A DNA stretch of 64,000 nucleotides from Mobula hypostoma (lineage: Eukaryota), in contig NC_086108.1 of the NCBI RefSeq assembly GCF_963921235.1, positions 107,820,001 to 107,884,000 on the forward strand, in the 5' to 3' direction. Numbering within the stretch: the first letter of the stretch is position 1; the number at the start of each line of letters is the position of its first letter. The position numbers were made by a program, and so were the translations under genes. Positions 62,575 to 64,000 of this stretch are shown here, piece by piece. Below the pieces are notes generated by a model that worked only from the letters and a program-made list of their open reading frames with translations, was not told where the DNA came from and made no database searches.

Positions 62575-63169
62575 ACGACTACATAGGGGGGACGGGTTAG
62601 AAAGCTCGGCACAACGTTGTGGGCCGAAGGACCTGTACTGTGCTGTAGTGTTCCATGTTCTATACTTTAAGTTACGGGGAATTATCGGCGGGATCAAACC
62701 TTAGCTGTAAATTCAACCACATTCCAGCAGCAACGGTAAGAAGACTCTTCTCCCGATTAAAACCTGCCTCGTTGCCGCGTAACTGAATGTTACCATAGCA
62801 ATAGGTGATGAAATGTGGAGGTCTTCAGTTAATTAAATCTGGCCCGTTTGCTCATTTTGTGGCACCCGCCTCACGGGCACAGAGACGGGGTGTGAGCAGT
62901 CAGCGCTGATTTCTCGGACAGGCTGATACCGAGACGGCTGCTCAGCCTTGCACCCGGTGCTGGGCGAGTTGCCGGCTGCTCCCTTTATCCTTCTCACAAC
63001 CTTTTTTCTCCCCCGCCGCTCGTTTCCCGACTGAGGGAAGAGCTGACTGTGGTCTCTGCACAGGTTCGGCCGACTGTCAGCCGCAACTGATAGAACGCAC
63101 TGCCCCCAGCAGCTCGCAGACAGAATAACACGCCTGAGAAACCAAAACCAGATTTCAGAGCATTCGCAG

Positions 63170-63580
63170 CAGGCTTTTTTACCCCTGAGATTGGGTGAGA
63201 CTAGAACGAGAGGATATGGGTCTCGGGGTGAAAGGTATTTTAACGGGGAACCTTTGGGAGAGCCTCTTCACTCGGAGGGTTATGAGAGTGTGGAACGAAC
63301 TGCCGGTGCGAGTGGTGAATGTGGGACCGATTTCAACATTTTAAAGAGAAATTTTTTATAGGTATATGGACGGGAGGGGTATGGCCCATTTACAGATTGA
63401 TGTGACTGGACAGATTAATAGTTCAGCATGGAAAAAATGGGTTGATGGTCCTGTTTCTGGTCTTCTGTAGCCTCTCTGAAACCTCCATGTCCTTCCTGTA
63501 ATGGATAACCTGCACTAAGTTAAAACTGACGTTATGTTCGGCACACACATTGTGGGCCAAAGGGCCTGTTCCTGTGCTGG
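63170..63580 (+). mobile_element. CR1 3' fragments
   Basis: TRTRGYG...FTRRVMRVWNELP-like coding remnant and GGGCCAAAGGGCCTGTTCCTGTGCTG tail. Confidence 0.75.
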
Positions 63581-63765
63581 AAGGAGGATATCACTCAAGG
63601 TTCTGTAGAGAACTACTGACTCGAGGGAATTTTTTCAGTCGATGAATCATCCCTATTTATCGTAGAACAGGGGTTCCCAACTTGGGAGTCCATGGACACA
63701 TTGTTTAATGGTGTTAAGCATCCGGCCTGAACACTGGGTCGAAGGGCCTCTGCTGGTAGCTCTGG

Positions 63766-64000
63766 ATCACGACAGTCTTTAATTTCTGTTTTCTTTCACC
63801 TGGCCATGTGGGTTCTGGCCCAGCCCCTTTCCTTTTTTGGACTTCCTCCAATTACCTGCTTGTCTCCTCATTTGCACCCACCTGTGTCTAATTTTCACTC
63901 ATTACCCTGTCCATTTAGACCCTGCCTTGACTAGCATTTTCTGCCAGTTTGTCCCAGATTCTGACCTGTGTCGTTCTAGCCTGTCATTGTGTCTTCTGCC
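63766..64000 (+). mobile_element. Possible start of an LTR, running off the window
   Basis: Begins ATCACGAC (TGTCACG-like); CACCTG repeats and pyrimidine-rich composition typical of fish Gypsy LTR U3; the other end is not visible. Confidence 0.3.

Overview
Eukaryotic, repeat-saturated intronic or intergenic DNA, most likely from a cartilaginous fish (shark or ray). That origin is inferred from HER1/CR1-type LINEs, HE1/V-SINE-type SINEs, Rex1/Babar LINE tails and Penelope-like elements. No host protein-coding gene could be supported. Almost all ORFs in the track are decayed transposon fragments, their antisense shadows, or low-complexity translations. The window holds nested CR1 LINEs (a young RT-containing 3' half at 1-1754 and a long ORF1-end/EN/RT copy at ~42140-45329), two Rex1/Babar-type families, a HERO-type restriction-like-endonuclease retrotransposon, RTE-related short elements, tRNA-derived SINEs, a Gypsy-like solo LTR, and hAT, Tc1, mariner and pogo/Tigger DNA-transposon derivatives. 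The main hidden signal is about 20 dispersed copies of a minimal type I hammerhead ribozyme motif (stem I-CUGA(U/C)GA-A-stem II-GAAA-CG-UH-stem I), four of them with intact cores. They sit in the terminal repeat of Penelope-like (GIY-YIG) elements that often inserted as inverted pairs with 10-14 bp target duplications, and several truncation or inversion points fall exactly at the ribozyme. Family names come from recognising motifs by eye. Coordinates of decayed repeats are approximate unless a TSD or TIR is quoted.
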